NCBI GenBank assembly: GCA_951406725.2
Contig: OX597827.1
Span: 48,608,001 to 48,672,000, forward strand
Length of the DNA: 64,000 bases
Source of the DNA: Octopus vulgaris
Lineage: Eukaryota
Direction: 5' to 3'
Shown here: in pieces, positions 13,601 through 25,953 of the stretch
Numbering within the stretch: position 1 is the stretch's first letter
Layout of the letters: each line of letters begins with the position of its first letter
Program-made: the position numbers and the translations under genes
The notes under the pieces: model-generated
Seen by the model: the letters and a program-made list of their open reading frames with translations, nothing else
Database searches by the model: none
What the model was told of the DNA's origin: nothing

Positions 13601-13732
<132 letters not shown>

Positions 13733-14115
13733 ATACATACATAAATGTATATATATGTATATATTTACAAAATATAAAGTTATATCTTCAGTGACAACAA
13801 CACTCAAGATATACAACGGACTGGAAATAGAAGTGCTCCAACGAGCTGTATACACTTTTTTATATCCATGTATGTATGTATGTATGTATGTATGTATGTA
13901 TGTATGTATGTATGTATGTATGTATGTATGTATACATAGATGAGTGTATTTTGCCTTGTTAACACGGAAAAAATAGATAAAAAGTTACCAGGGTAGCAAA
14001 AAATCACACGAAGTAAAGAGGTTGTAACTCCTTGTTTTTAAAGGTAGAAACTTCGGGTTTACGTGGATTTTTTGGTATAATATACAAAGAAATGGAATTT
14101 AACACAGGTATAATT

Positions 14116-14152
<37 letters not shown>

Positions 14153-14155
14153 GTG

Positions 14156-14244
<89 letters not shown>

Positions 14245-14529
14245 ACACGTTCCCCAAAACACAGATAGAAACACAGACATATACACATGTACGTGTGACA
14301 CTTTATGTGTGCTCCGGTATATGTGTGACGGATGATCATTATCGCAAGCTCTTGCGTGCACAGAGTGCTCTATAAACCACGATATCAGGAGTTATCTTTC
14401 ATAAAATATTCGTGAAGGATAATCGTGGTATTAAGCATCGGCAAACTATATACATGATAGGATTAACTGGATATGCAGATGTGTGTGTGTTTGTGCGTGT
14501 GTAAAAGATACTAATATATATATATATAC

Positions 14530-14596
<67 letters not shown>

Positions 14597-14964
14597 TGTA
14601 ATATATGTAGTACATTTATATCAGTCTAAAATAAATTTGGTTCTTTAAAGTTTCATATCTTTAGAGAAATTATGAGACGCGAAAGAAGCAATACAATTGC
14701 CTCATAATGGTAAAGCTGAAATATTTTCAGTAACTGGATTATTTTTTTTCTGTTTTCATCGAAATATTAAGTTCCTTGTTACTCTGCTCATAATTTCAGC
14801 GTGAAACCTATCTCAGATTCATACATATATACATACATACATACGCGCATACAAACATGCATACATACATGCATGCATACATACATGCATACATACATAC
14901 ATACATACATACATACATACATACATACATACATACATACATGCTTACATGCATACATACATAA

Positions 14965-15000
<36 letters not shown>

Positions 15001-15619
15001 TTTTATGTATACACGTTCCCCAAAACACAGATAGAAACACAGACATATACACATGTACGTGTGACACTGAAACGATCGTAGTGTTTTAATCATTATCTTC
15101 TATTAATATTTTAATACTTTTGATATATATTTAAAATAATTTAAATTAATTAATTTTATGTATTGGCTTAAGTTTTTCATTGTTTGATTTGCGTAATAGT
15201 GGTTATATCTCTAATTTAATATAATATAAATACTTATATATATATATATACACATACATACATACATGCATACATACATATGTACGTACGTACATACATG
15301 CATGTATACATATATATATACCTACATATACACATACATACAAGCATGCATGCATACATACATGCATAAATACATACACACATACATACATGCATACATA
15401 CACACACATACATGAATTCATACATACATACATATATACATACATACATACATACATACATACATACATACATACATACATACACACATGCATGCATGCA
15501 TACATAATATATACATGTATATATATACATACATATATACATGCATACATATATACATACATTTATACATACATATATAAATCATCATTTCGTGAACATC
15601 ACGAAGCAATGAGTACTTT

Positions 15620-15790
15620 TACCAAACGTCGTTTGTAGTCATATGAACTCTGATGACTATGAAGTCCGATTCCGGAGAGATAGATACGTCCGCAGGTGGA
15701 GCATGTAAAGCCGTGCTCCTGTTGACTTCCAAGACTCTGCACATGCCGCTGGGCGCGGTGTGCCACTTCATTTCTGGAAAAGAGAGCTAT
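15620..15790 (-). mobile_element. RTE-clade LINE 3' fragment (C-terminal zinc-finger-like motif)
   Basis: ORF 15599-15796 contains GFTCSTCGRIYLSGIGLHSHQ, typical of RTE ORF C-termini. Confidence 0.7.
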
Positions 15791-16080
15791 GGACAACTGC
15801 TTCGAAACCTTGAATTTCTATATCCAGAATATGAATTCATATTCATACCAATAATAATTAGAGCACTAGGTTTTGTTAGTAAATGCTGAAAGGAGAATCT
15901 GGATAAAATGGGATTTTCAGAAAGAAATATCGCCCGTCTGATTCGTATGCGACAACTGTAATATGTGGGTGGAACTGTAGAAATATGCAAGACTTTTCTC
16001 AAGTTCCAAATGTGAATTTGTCTATGTTAAGCACATCCCAAGGATGGAACCTTGTCTCTTTGTTGAAAACCGGCTTCCTC
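15775..16080 (+). mobile_element. Non-LTR retrotransposon restriction-like endonuclease (RLE) 3' fragment
   Basis: KESYGQLLRNLEFLYPEYEFIFIPIIIRALGFVSKC*KENLDKMGF...LIRMRQL*YVGGTVEICKTF resembles the KY..L...PIIIGALG...GT C-terminus of RLE-type LINEs. Confidence 0.7.
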
Positions 16081-16159
16081 CTCAGTGTAAGATTTATAAT
16101 AAATAAAAAAATATAGAAGAGACATACATACATGTGTGCGTGCATGCATGCAAGCGTAC

Positions 16160-16321
16160 ATGAGCAGCTCTTCCAATTTCCGTCTACCAAATCTTCTCAC
16201 AAGTCTCTGGTCGGTCCGGCGCAATAAGAGACGACCGGCTTAAGATGGTGCGCAATAGGACTGAACCGAAGACCACATGGTTTGGAAGCTAGTTTCTGAA
16301 CCACATAGCCACGCCTGCGCC
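16160..16321 (-). mobile_element. SINE family A, 5' half, diverged
   Basis: Reverse complement begins GGCGCAGGCGTGGCTATGTGG and includes TTTGGTAGACGGAAA. Confidence 0.8.
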
Positions 16322-17503
16322 TCAGCGTTCTTCTTCTTTTATATTACGGCTATAAAAGGATAATTATCTCTTACAGCAGACTTTCTCATTCTACTTTTGT
16401 ACGCCATGGGAAATCTATCAGTTTTACGGCCATATTATGATCAGTGGTTTATATGAATTTGTTTTAGTTATGATATTTACTTATGTAATGTCTCAGAATA
16501 TGAACTCATAGAATTCTCTGCTTCGAATAGTTTACACGAAGAAATAAGTTCTTTGTATTCACAATATATCAGTCTATGTATATATGTATATATGTATGTA
16601 TGCATGTACGTATGTAAGTATTAATAAATGTATGTATGTATGTATTATGTATGTATGTACGTATGCATGTATGTTTGTATGTATGGATGTGAATGTAGGT
16701 TCACATATATGTAGACGGACGCAGTGGGAATGAAGTGGAAAAAATGGGATTATAAAACCAGAAACAAAAACAAGATTGATATATTTAATAATCCATATGC
16801 TAACAATAGTTTCAATGGTGATGATGTAACCACTTCATCAAAGGATGGACATGAAATATTTGCTTGGTTTACTCACCAGTGTATTTATACGATAACAAAT
16901 TAGAGAAAAAAGTGAAGAACGAAAAAAAACTGATTTGATGTCGATGTGGTTGAGTCAGAAGCATTATCACCCACAGTTTATGCTTGTTGGTAAATCGGAT
17001 ATTAATTAAAATACGGTGCCGTTAACAGTCAGAGTTTTGCGGCTGTCAAAAAGAATGGAACATAACATATAATAGCAGTAGAGTAATTTATATTTGACAA
17101 ATAGAGATATATTGAAAATATCCTAATTCAGAAATTCAGATATATCGAATATTTCTATGTATGTATTCGTTTAGAAACAGAGCAGTACGTACAAATTTCC
17201 ACCATATAAAAAAAAACACAACAACAAAAGATGATATACATGTTTACTCGCGCATCAGTCGGCGTATATTCAGTCACATAAATGTTCTCACATGTATAAG
17301 GCCGTGCAGCTCCATCTACGTTCATACACAGACATGTATCCGTGCATAAACAAATATGGACTTAGTCGTAATTACATGCTCGGAGATCTCTTTGCGCAAA
17401 TATTACGATAACGTTTATACGTGACCAAATAAAGTTTTACACTAGCTGGTAGATGGAGATAAATATGTGATATATGTGTATATATATATATATAAATATA
17501 TAA

Positions 17504-17544
<41 letters not shown>

Positions 17545-17558
17545 CATACATACATACA

Positions 17559-17591
<33 letters not shown>

Positions 17592-17627
17592 GTATGTTTA
17601 TATGTATAGGTGCAGACGTTGGTTATG

Positions 17628-17793
17628 GGCGCAGGCGAGGCTGTGTGGTAAAGGCTTGCTTCCCGACTACATGGTTCTTGGTTCAGTCCCACTGCATGGC
17701 ACCTTGGACATGTGTCTTCTTCTATAGCCTTGGGCTGATCAAAGCTTTCTGAGTGGATTTTGTGGACGGAAACTGAAAGAAGCCTGCCGTATT

Positions 17794-17847
<54 letters not shown>

Positions 17848-18080
17848 TGTGTGCACGCGTGTGTGTTTGTGTGTGTATTTGTGTGTCGTTATGTCTGTGT
17901 TTGGCACCCTCACCATCGATGTTGGTGTGTTTACGTCCCCGTACCCTGGCGGTTTGGCACAAGAGACCGATAGATGAGTACCAAGCATACAAAGAATAAG
18001 TCCTGGGGTCGATTTGTTTGACTAAAGGCGGTACTCCTGCATGGCCGCAGTCAAATGACTGAAACTAATAAAAAAGAATA
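17628..18080 (+). mobile_element. SINE family A, full length
   Basis: GGCGCAGGCGAGGCTGTGTGGTAA...GGTTCAGTCCCACTGCATGGCACCTTGGAC...GGCCGCAGTCAAATGACTGAAAC. Confidence 0.92.
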
Positions 18081-18082
18081 GA

Positions 18083-18125
<43 letters not shown>

Positions 18126-18126
18126 T

Positions 18127-18206
<80 letters not shown>

Positions 18207-19744
18207 ACATATTGCTAAGTCAGCCATAGATATATATGGCAAATGTATATACTGACAGGGTGAATTAGCTGTTCTACAGAACCAATGGAAGCATACTGTT
18301 GACAATTCTCATTGGGATGAAACTGTGCACTCCAGTGTTCTAGCTTTGCTTCGCTCATGGGGGAGTTATCTTGCCTGTCATTTCACATGAAGGTCCTTTA
18401 CGGCAGCTATAAGTGGTTTAACGCTTATTGGTAGCTATATATGTGCTTGTAGCATATACAGTCACAAATAATGACTCAATTTTGCCGATATTGTTTATAT
18501 TGTATCGAGCTGTCAACATTAATTTTATACTATATAATTTGGCATTTCATTAGGTAAGTAGGTGATAATCTAACTCTGCTCTCGTCAGAGTGGCTAATGT
18601 AAAAAAGTTTGGTGATAGGTCACTGCTATTAGAGACCAGCAAGTACAACACCCACTTTCTGGGTCCTGTGAAAAAAAAACAGTATGTGTTTGTGAGGGAA
18701 GTTTAGAAGGATTTCATCAAAATTCATATCCCTTGCTCGTATGCGTGTGTGAATATATATATATGAAATTGTAACCACGAGTGTAATGAGTAGAACTGTT
18801 TACAAGTATGACTTTGTGCGGACGTCCTAGTATGCAGTCCTGCAAATTATATTCATCTGGACGGTCGCACCGATGATCTACGGGCATTTATGTAAGGAAA
18901 ATTACGCAATGTTTTAATAGTGAAATATGTATGCGAATAATCCATATTTTTATTGCTCTTTCTTTTGACTTGCTCGATTACGTTTTAGTTGTTTTGCTTT
19001 CTTTTTTCTTGAGAATATTTCTTAGTGGTAAGACCATAGCGGATCTATTTCTAGCATAAGGGTGTCCACATAGTGGTTTCCCTCTAATATGTATATAATA
19101 TATACATGTGTACATGTGAGTGTGTATGTATCTATGTATACATATATGTATCTGACTCAACTACTGGGACAAACATACAGACATATATACGTTAAGTTTG
19201 GTGCTAAAAGACTTGAATGAGTGATTGAATAACATTTATTTTACTATATTTAGACCTTTAATATTTTGATGAATATCATTATCCTACTGAATATTCATGC
19301 TCCAGGCAGTCAATAAAACCGACGCCAGTTTTATATTAATTAAATTTCACTATATATAAAATATGATCTTTGGCAGTATGATGAGAACTGCAAAATTGAT
19401 TTACCTTGTTAATATAGTATTAAACCTCATCGACACTGAATAAGTTATGAATGACAATGTCTTAAACTACAGAAGGTCTAAAATGAATATTGAGAGTCGT
19501 GCTAATATACAATAATCATGGCCGCGGTCTAATAACTGAAACAAGTGAAAGATAAAAAATGAAAGATATTAAATGTATTTTTGCGTATAATATTAATTGA
19601 GAAACGCTAAACTACATGAGGATGATGATGGAATATTGTGAGGTATTTAGCTCGAGATTAATGTGGTAGAAGGAAGATATGAAAATGCAGTAAAAATGGA
19701 CGAGTAATTACGTTACAATATCAATTCTAACAGGTGTGGGTGTA

Positions 19745-19775
<31 letters not shown>

Positions 19776-19809
19776 AATTGGAAAAAGAACCAGAATTTCA
19801 CAAAACTGA

Positions 19810-19905
19810 AACATGACAAAACCCGGAACATGACAAAATCCGGAACCTCACAAAAACCGGAATATCACAAAACCCGGAACATCACAAAAACCGGAACAAC
19901 ACAAA
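19810..19905. repeat. 17-bp minisatellite (ACATCACAAAACCCGGA-like), about 5 copies
   Basis: Direct reading of tandem units. Confidence 0.85.
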
Positions 19906-20353
19906 AGTAAAAACAAAAAGACACCAAATAACTGCAAAAATAATAATACTCCAAAATATTGTCGGAAGAAATTTGCATGTGCGCTCAGGAAACAATACAT
20001 GTAGAAAAAATACATCATGTAGAAATGCTCAATCACCGCACAACAACATAAATACACATACAGCCGAAAACCAATTTAAGGTCCTTTATCGCAGCCATAT
20101 CTCCTCATTCCGAAAGATAAGCCGGTGACACGCAACATCACTATCAGACCTAATATGGAGATTAAAAGAAGGAAAATAAAATATAAAATAGAAGGGTCAG
20201 TAATAAAAAAAATGCACACCCATATAATACACTATCCGGCGCATATGACCTGTGCTTTGAGGGAGTCTTGTGCATTTTGTTAAGTATATATATATGTATA
20301 TACATATATATATATATATCTATATATGTGTGTGTGTGTATGTGTGTGTGTGT

Positions 20354-20406
<53 letters not shown>

Positions 20407-20418
20407 GTATATGTGGTC

Positions 20419-20454
<36 letters not shown>

Positions 20455-20458
<4 letters not shown>

Positions 20459-21090
20459 GACCACGTATACTCACACGGACACATATATACCCCGACATGT
20501 TAGAATTGGTAATGTAACGTGTGGAGTTTGAAGTCGAACTTCACACGCCTTACAACAAAGTGGAAAATAAGGGAACAATTCACACCATATGTTACAGGGT
20601 CAAAAGAATATAAGCTGTGCGTAGCTGAAAGAACTCTAACACACTGCTCAATTTTATATTCGAAATTATCCGCTGTTTTAAATATATGGTTAAGTTCCTG
20701 TTGAGAAATGGAAAAGTGCCATCCCCTTCTGGATTGGATAGCTGTACCACAGATTCTAAGCCATTATATTTCAGCCGTATGCTTACGTTCTAATTTCCCA
20801 CTTTTGCTTCTTTCTGTTTTCGTTTTCTGAGTTCTTTTTCTGAATCTACTTCTTTCTCGCCTTTTAACGATTTTCTCTTATCCTATCATCCTATTTGTAG
20901 TTTGTTATCCCATGTCAGCACTACCTGAAGATTGCGCTGAGACACAAGATGTGTTAGATAATACAGTTTGGCATGCTGTCATCACATGAATCTAACAGTT
21001 GCACATAAAAATATAGTGTGCTTATTAAACAATATTTATCTATCAACAGACGGAGTACTTTTTCTTTACCTTGCCATCAAGGAACATTAC
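20455..21090 (+). mobile_element. Decayed Penelope-like element 3' end (GIY-YIG C-terminal part plus 3' UTR)
   Basis: VWSLK...KWKIREQFTPYVTGSKEYKLCVAE...VLNIWLSSC resembles PLE EN C-termini (WKI..PY..GSK.C.LC..E...LN...SSC). Degenerate core CTGAAGA-TTGCG..CACAA at ~20925; short inversion at the 5' junction. Confidence 0.65.
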
Positions 21091-21805
21091 AATGTGTGTG
21101 TGCGTGTGTGTGTGTGTGTTTGTGTGTGTGTGTTTACGAAAACTCTTTCGGTAAAATTTTAATTTTTTAATGGAGTCATAGAAGACTTACATTATAATAT
21201 GCAATCTGCCACCATCAGGTAATATTTTAAACAGCTAAGTTTTTGAAGAGGTAAGATTCTAAACATCCACCCGGGCATAGTCACGCTTGTACATATTGAT
21301 AGGGATGACTATATTTATATACCTGAATATATGTATTAAATATTATGCACCCAGTTTCAGGCAACCGTTTTGCACATAGAAATCTGAAATTTTAGATAGG
21401 AGCATATCTTCAGAATAAGGTAATAAATAAATTTCTATTTGATATACCAGACGAAGCCACATCGCAGAAAATATCGCAAGGAAAGATAGTTCAAGCCAAC
21501 CCATACTGCTTTATAAGGTCCGAAGCTGGAGAGACGGCTAGTAGCTGAGTCTAAAATAAACAATCAGCGCTTATAATGGCTGTGCCAAAAGCATTAGTAC
21601 TAATGGCGATTACAGCCTCTGGCTAAAACCGATAATAGAATAATAATGAGGTAAATATATCTGCAGGATCAGCATTTCCAGGAAACTCTATTTGGTGATG
21701 TTTAATCGATACTCATATACTTATATACATTCATATATACATTGCAATACATTCTAGGTTAAAGGATTGGGAATTTTCGGAGGGTTCCAAAAATACAACA
21801 AAATT

Positions 21806-22870
21806 TGTTATGCATATAAAACAGAACTGACGGTTAAAAAGATATCAGGCAAAAAAATAAAAACATAAATATATATTCAAAATTCAGCTACATTTTGTGA
21901 TATGAATAATTTGGAATACTTCAGAGTCGTTTAGCTTTAAAAATGAAATCAATAAATATATCATCCATTATGTGTGGTAGGATAGAAAATAGCATTTAAA
22001 TGTAAAAAGCTAAAATAATGAAAGTGCTGAATAAATCTCAAGCTGATTTGCATAAATGAAACTACAATGAGCCACGAGAAACAACTCGGTGTTACGGGTA
22101 GCATATATTTAAGCAACAATGAATAATATATGTATATTAGATCATATATACATGGTGTTTTAGAAGTCACTTGGGTATGTAGAAACTTCATAACATGCCA
22201 AAATTTTAAATACTTTTTTTTAATTTCCAAATCGTAGATTATGTCGGATAAAGTACCCAAGAAAAAATTTGCAATTAACCAAAGAGCCAAATTATTGAAT
22301 TTTATTTTGAATTGTAACTCGTCCATCATTCATTCCTAAAGACTTTTCATTGCCTTAAAAGCCAACGTCAGATTTCATGAGTCGATGCTTGATTCCCCGT
22401 TTCAGATAATATAATTCAGTAAATACCTAGCACCTCACTGTCCATCCACAGTACGTGCGATTCTGTTAAACAAGTACCAAGAACATCAATTAACGCATGC
22501 ACTCTGGCCACTTGAAGATATCTCAGATGATATTGCATTGCTTAAAAAGAGACTATTTGTACCTGTAGCCATACAAAATGCAATTGATTCAGAAAATACG
22601 AATGTCAGATCAACAACGCTTAAATTACGCGGTCCATATATAGAGGCTTGTTATGCATATAAAACAGAACTGTCGGTTAAAAATATATCAGACAAAAAAG
22701 AAAAAGAATGGAATGGGATATATATTCAAAATTCAGCTACATTTTGTTATATGAATAATTTGGAAAACTCTAGAGTCGTTTAGCTTTAAGAATGAAATCA
22801 ATAAATATATCATCCATTATGTGTGGTAGAATAGAAAATAGCATTTAAATAGAAAAGGGCAAAATAATGA
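21806..22870 (+). repeat. ~220-bp imperfect direct repeat (21806-22021 and 22649-22870)
   Basis: TGTTATGCATATAAAACAGAACTG...TCATCCATTATGTGTGGTAG...AAAATAATGA present twice. Confidence 0.9.
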
Positions 22871-23910
22871 TGATAAATAATTTGAAGAGTGACAAGGTTC
22901 ATTTTCATTGCAACAGTTTTGGTAAGAAGGAGAAGTGTGGAATCAGCAAATAAAAGAATCCTAAAAATATTCAGCCTCTCAAATGTGATGTAACTTAGGA
23001 AACCTTGACTATACCTTTTTCTTTTAAGATGAAAATTGCAATTAGATGAAAATAAGCAGTGAACTGTATCGGGTCATGACCGTGACATTTCTGTATCCAG
23101 CAGTAAAGAACAAACCTGAGATGTAATTTGAATAAGATTCAGGTATTACTCACCCAACCCGGGTAAAAATGGAGTATCTAAGGTAAATTATTGGCGACTT
23201 TGAGAAATTTAGAAATTTTATGACCATCACGTTCTGATCTGACACCACCTTATATTTCAGATTTAGGGGGCAGTTTAAGGGGCAGTTATACACCAATGAA
23301 TCGCAAAAATAGAGATAAAATCTGTACAGAAACTAGAGAATTGTAACCAGAGATTGTGTATTATGGAGAATGCTATCAAAAAGATGCGCCAATGTGAAGT
23401 CGAAAGACGGAGATGATTTACGTCATGTAAATTTCATAATTAAATTAGATTTATTTCCAGTGCCTGAATTAGTGTTCTGTATATAACTATATAATAAAAA
23501 TGTAGAAACTATACGATTTTAAAATCTCTAGTAAACTTCTAGAGTATCATGTTAAATATAAATTTTTGATTTATTCCATGTTTACACATTTATTCATTAT
23601 CTTATATATGCATTCATATACAACCATAACCATATACATTACTCGCTTCGAACCAGTTCAAAGGTTCTTTTTAAACTTTTCTATTTCTTTCATATTCACC
23701 ATGGTAGATAAAATGCTAACACAAGAAATGGAAAGCACGCAGTCATTGTTACTGTATGTGCGGAACACAACGATTTAGAGACTGTCAACTTTATAAATGC
23801 TGCATGATCATTTGTACACAAAGTTCGAATGCTGTTGGAAGCTTCTGACGAGATTAATTTTTGCATACACACACGCGTGCACACTCACACATACGCACAT
23901 GCATACACAC

Positions 23911-23961
<51 letters not shown>

Positions 23962-23967
23962 CGCGCG

Positions 23968-24575
23968 TATTGTGTCTGGGGAGAGTCATTCTCTTATAGT
24001 GCCTTATTACTTAACACATTCACCGGTTCGATTTCCACTCAATTACTAATTTATTTTTTCTAAAATTTTCATTGCACCTTGCAACCTCTTCAATAGTCAC
24101 GTGAGCGATTTTAAAATCGTATAATTTCTACTTTATTTTTATTTTTCAAAAATAGTTATTTACAGAACACGAATTTCCTCAGCTAGAAATAGACTCCGAC
24201 ATATCTTAGACCGGTACAACAAAACCACAAGAAAAACATAATGAGGGAGAGACCCACCAACTCAGTTCGTCTATTGCCAAAGGCCTACAAAAACTCAAAC
24301 AGCGATTTAAGAACAGGGAATTAGTGTGCTTCCATACGAACAAGTCTGGCAGACTGTCGAGAGACAGTCAGAACAGAGATTCATCGATAATGGAAGGGGT
24401 TGCAAGACGCAACGAAAATTTTAGAAAAGATAATAAGTGAATGAGTGGAAATCGAGCCAGTGAATGTGTTAAGAAATGTGGCACTAAAAGAGAATGACTC
24501 TCCCCAGACGAAACAATATATGCTTCGACACACGAATTCACATAAATAATCTTGCAAGCGAAATACAGAAATGAA
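23968..24575 (+). mobile_element. Internally deleted Penelope-like element with inverted pseudo-LTR arms
   Basis: 23968-24095 is inverted relative to ~24390-24518. Middle translates to IAKGLQKLKQRFKNRELVCFHTNKSGRL (PLE pre-RT DKG/DKSG-like motif). 3' tail ACACACGAATTCACATAAATAATCTTGCA is shared with the PLE end at 49770-49800. Confidence 0.8.
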
Positions 24576-24630
24576 ATATATATACACATATATATGTATA
24601 CAACATACATACGTATATATATATACATAC

Positions 24631-24696
<66 letters not shown>

Positions 24697-25540
24697 GTGT
24701 ATGTATGATATTATCATAGTACTGGACGTGGGATATGACAGAAACGTAAGTATGTACTTACTAAGTGATGTGATAGAAGTAAATAAAGGAAATAAAGTAG
24801 ATCAGGAGTGATTTTGAATTCAGAATGCAAATACATGTAACTCAATGCGAAAAGTAATTTTGCTTGAAGCTATTCCATGTTGCCATCTAACACCCACTAA
24901 TCTTTTAATCTTATATCAAATATAGTTATAGATTTTATTTTTATCATAAAATCACTTCCAGTGCAAAGAGTAAGCTCTTTCGATACCAGTAACAAGACTC
25001 GATTTTAATCCTCTCTCTAATCTATTCAATCCTCTCTGTCGCTTATATCTTTGGTAAACAATGCTTTAATTCTTTCCCATCTAAATGTCAATGGATTTGT
25101 ATACGAACTCCGATGCCGGAGAAAGAGTAGACAAGAATATAAATAAAGAATTATACGGCTTTAATATGACTCCTTTCAAATTCAGGATCGAGCATATGAA
25201 TACCAAAACCTATCAAATGATCATACATTCATATCCACTGTAAGCATTTTCTATGGCTTTCGAAGCAGGAACTTCCATTTCCTGTCTCCCGATTCTCTAA
25301 GAGTCTAATAATCAGTTTGAAATAAACGTATAGAGAATGTTAACAGCCTCAGTTGACGATACTCTAGTTTCCATCATATCGACGCAACAAAAACAGGAGT
25401 TTATAATAGAGTAAGTTTAACACTTCTTTATCTTTGAATATTCATACAATTTCGATGCAATATAAATGGGAATAAAACGGGAAGGTGCTACGCCCATATC
25501 TCTACTAATACACAATCATATTGCTAAAAGAAATACCTAA

Positions 25541-25953
25541 TTCTTTGCTACCCACAAGGGGCTAAACACAGAGAGGACAAACAAGGACAGGCAAACGGAT
25601 TAAGTCGATTACATCGACCCCAGTGCGTAACTTGTGCTTAATTTATCGACCCCGAAAGGATGAAAGGCAAAGTCGACCTCGGCTTAATTTGAACTCAGAA
25701 CGTAACGGCAGACGAAATGCCTATATCTACACTACCCAGTAGGAGCTAAACACAGAGGGGACAAACAAGGACAGACAAACGGATTAAGTCGATTAGATCA
25801 ACCCCAGTGCGTAACTGGTACCTAATTTTTCGACCCCGAAAGGATGAAAGGCAAAGTCGACCTCGGCGGAATTTGAACTCAGAACGTAACGGCAGATGAA
25901 ATACGGCTACGCATTTCGCCCAGCGTGCTAACGTTTCTGCCAGCTCGCCGCCT
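25541..25953 (-). mobile_element. SINE family B with tandemly duplicated 3' portion
   Basis: Reverse complement begins AAGGCGGCGAGCTGGCAGAAACGTTAGC. Central GTCGACTTTGCCTTTCATCCTTTCGGGGTCG (Nin-domain-like, from recall) occurs twice. Flanked by TAAA(A/G)GAAATACCTAA at 25525 and 25956. Confidence 0.9.

Noticed and set aside
13985-14075. Imperfect inverted match and GAAACTTCGGGTT resembling hammerhead stem III
   Set aside because: The core would be GTAAAGA with two mismatches and no stem II; too speculative.
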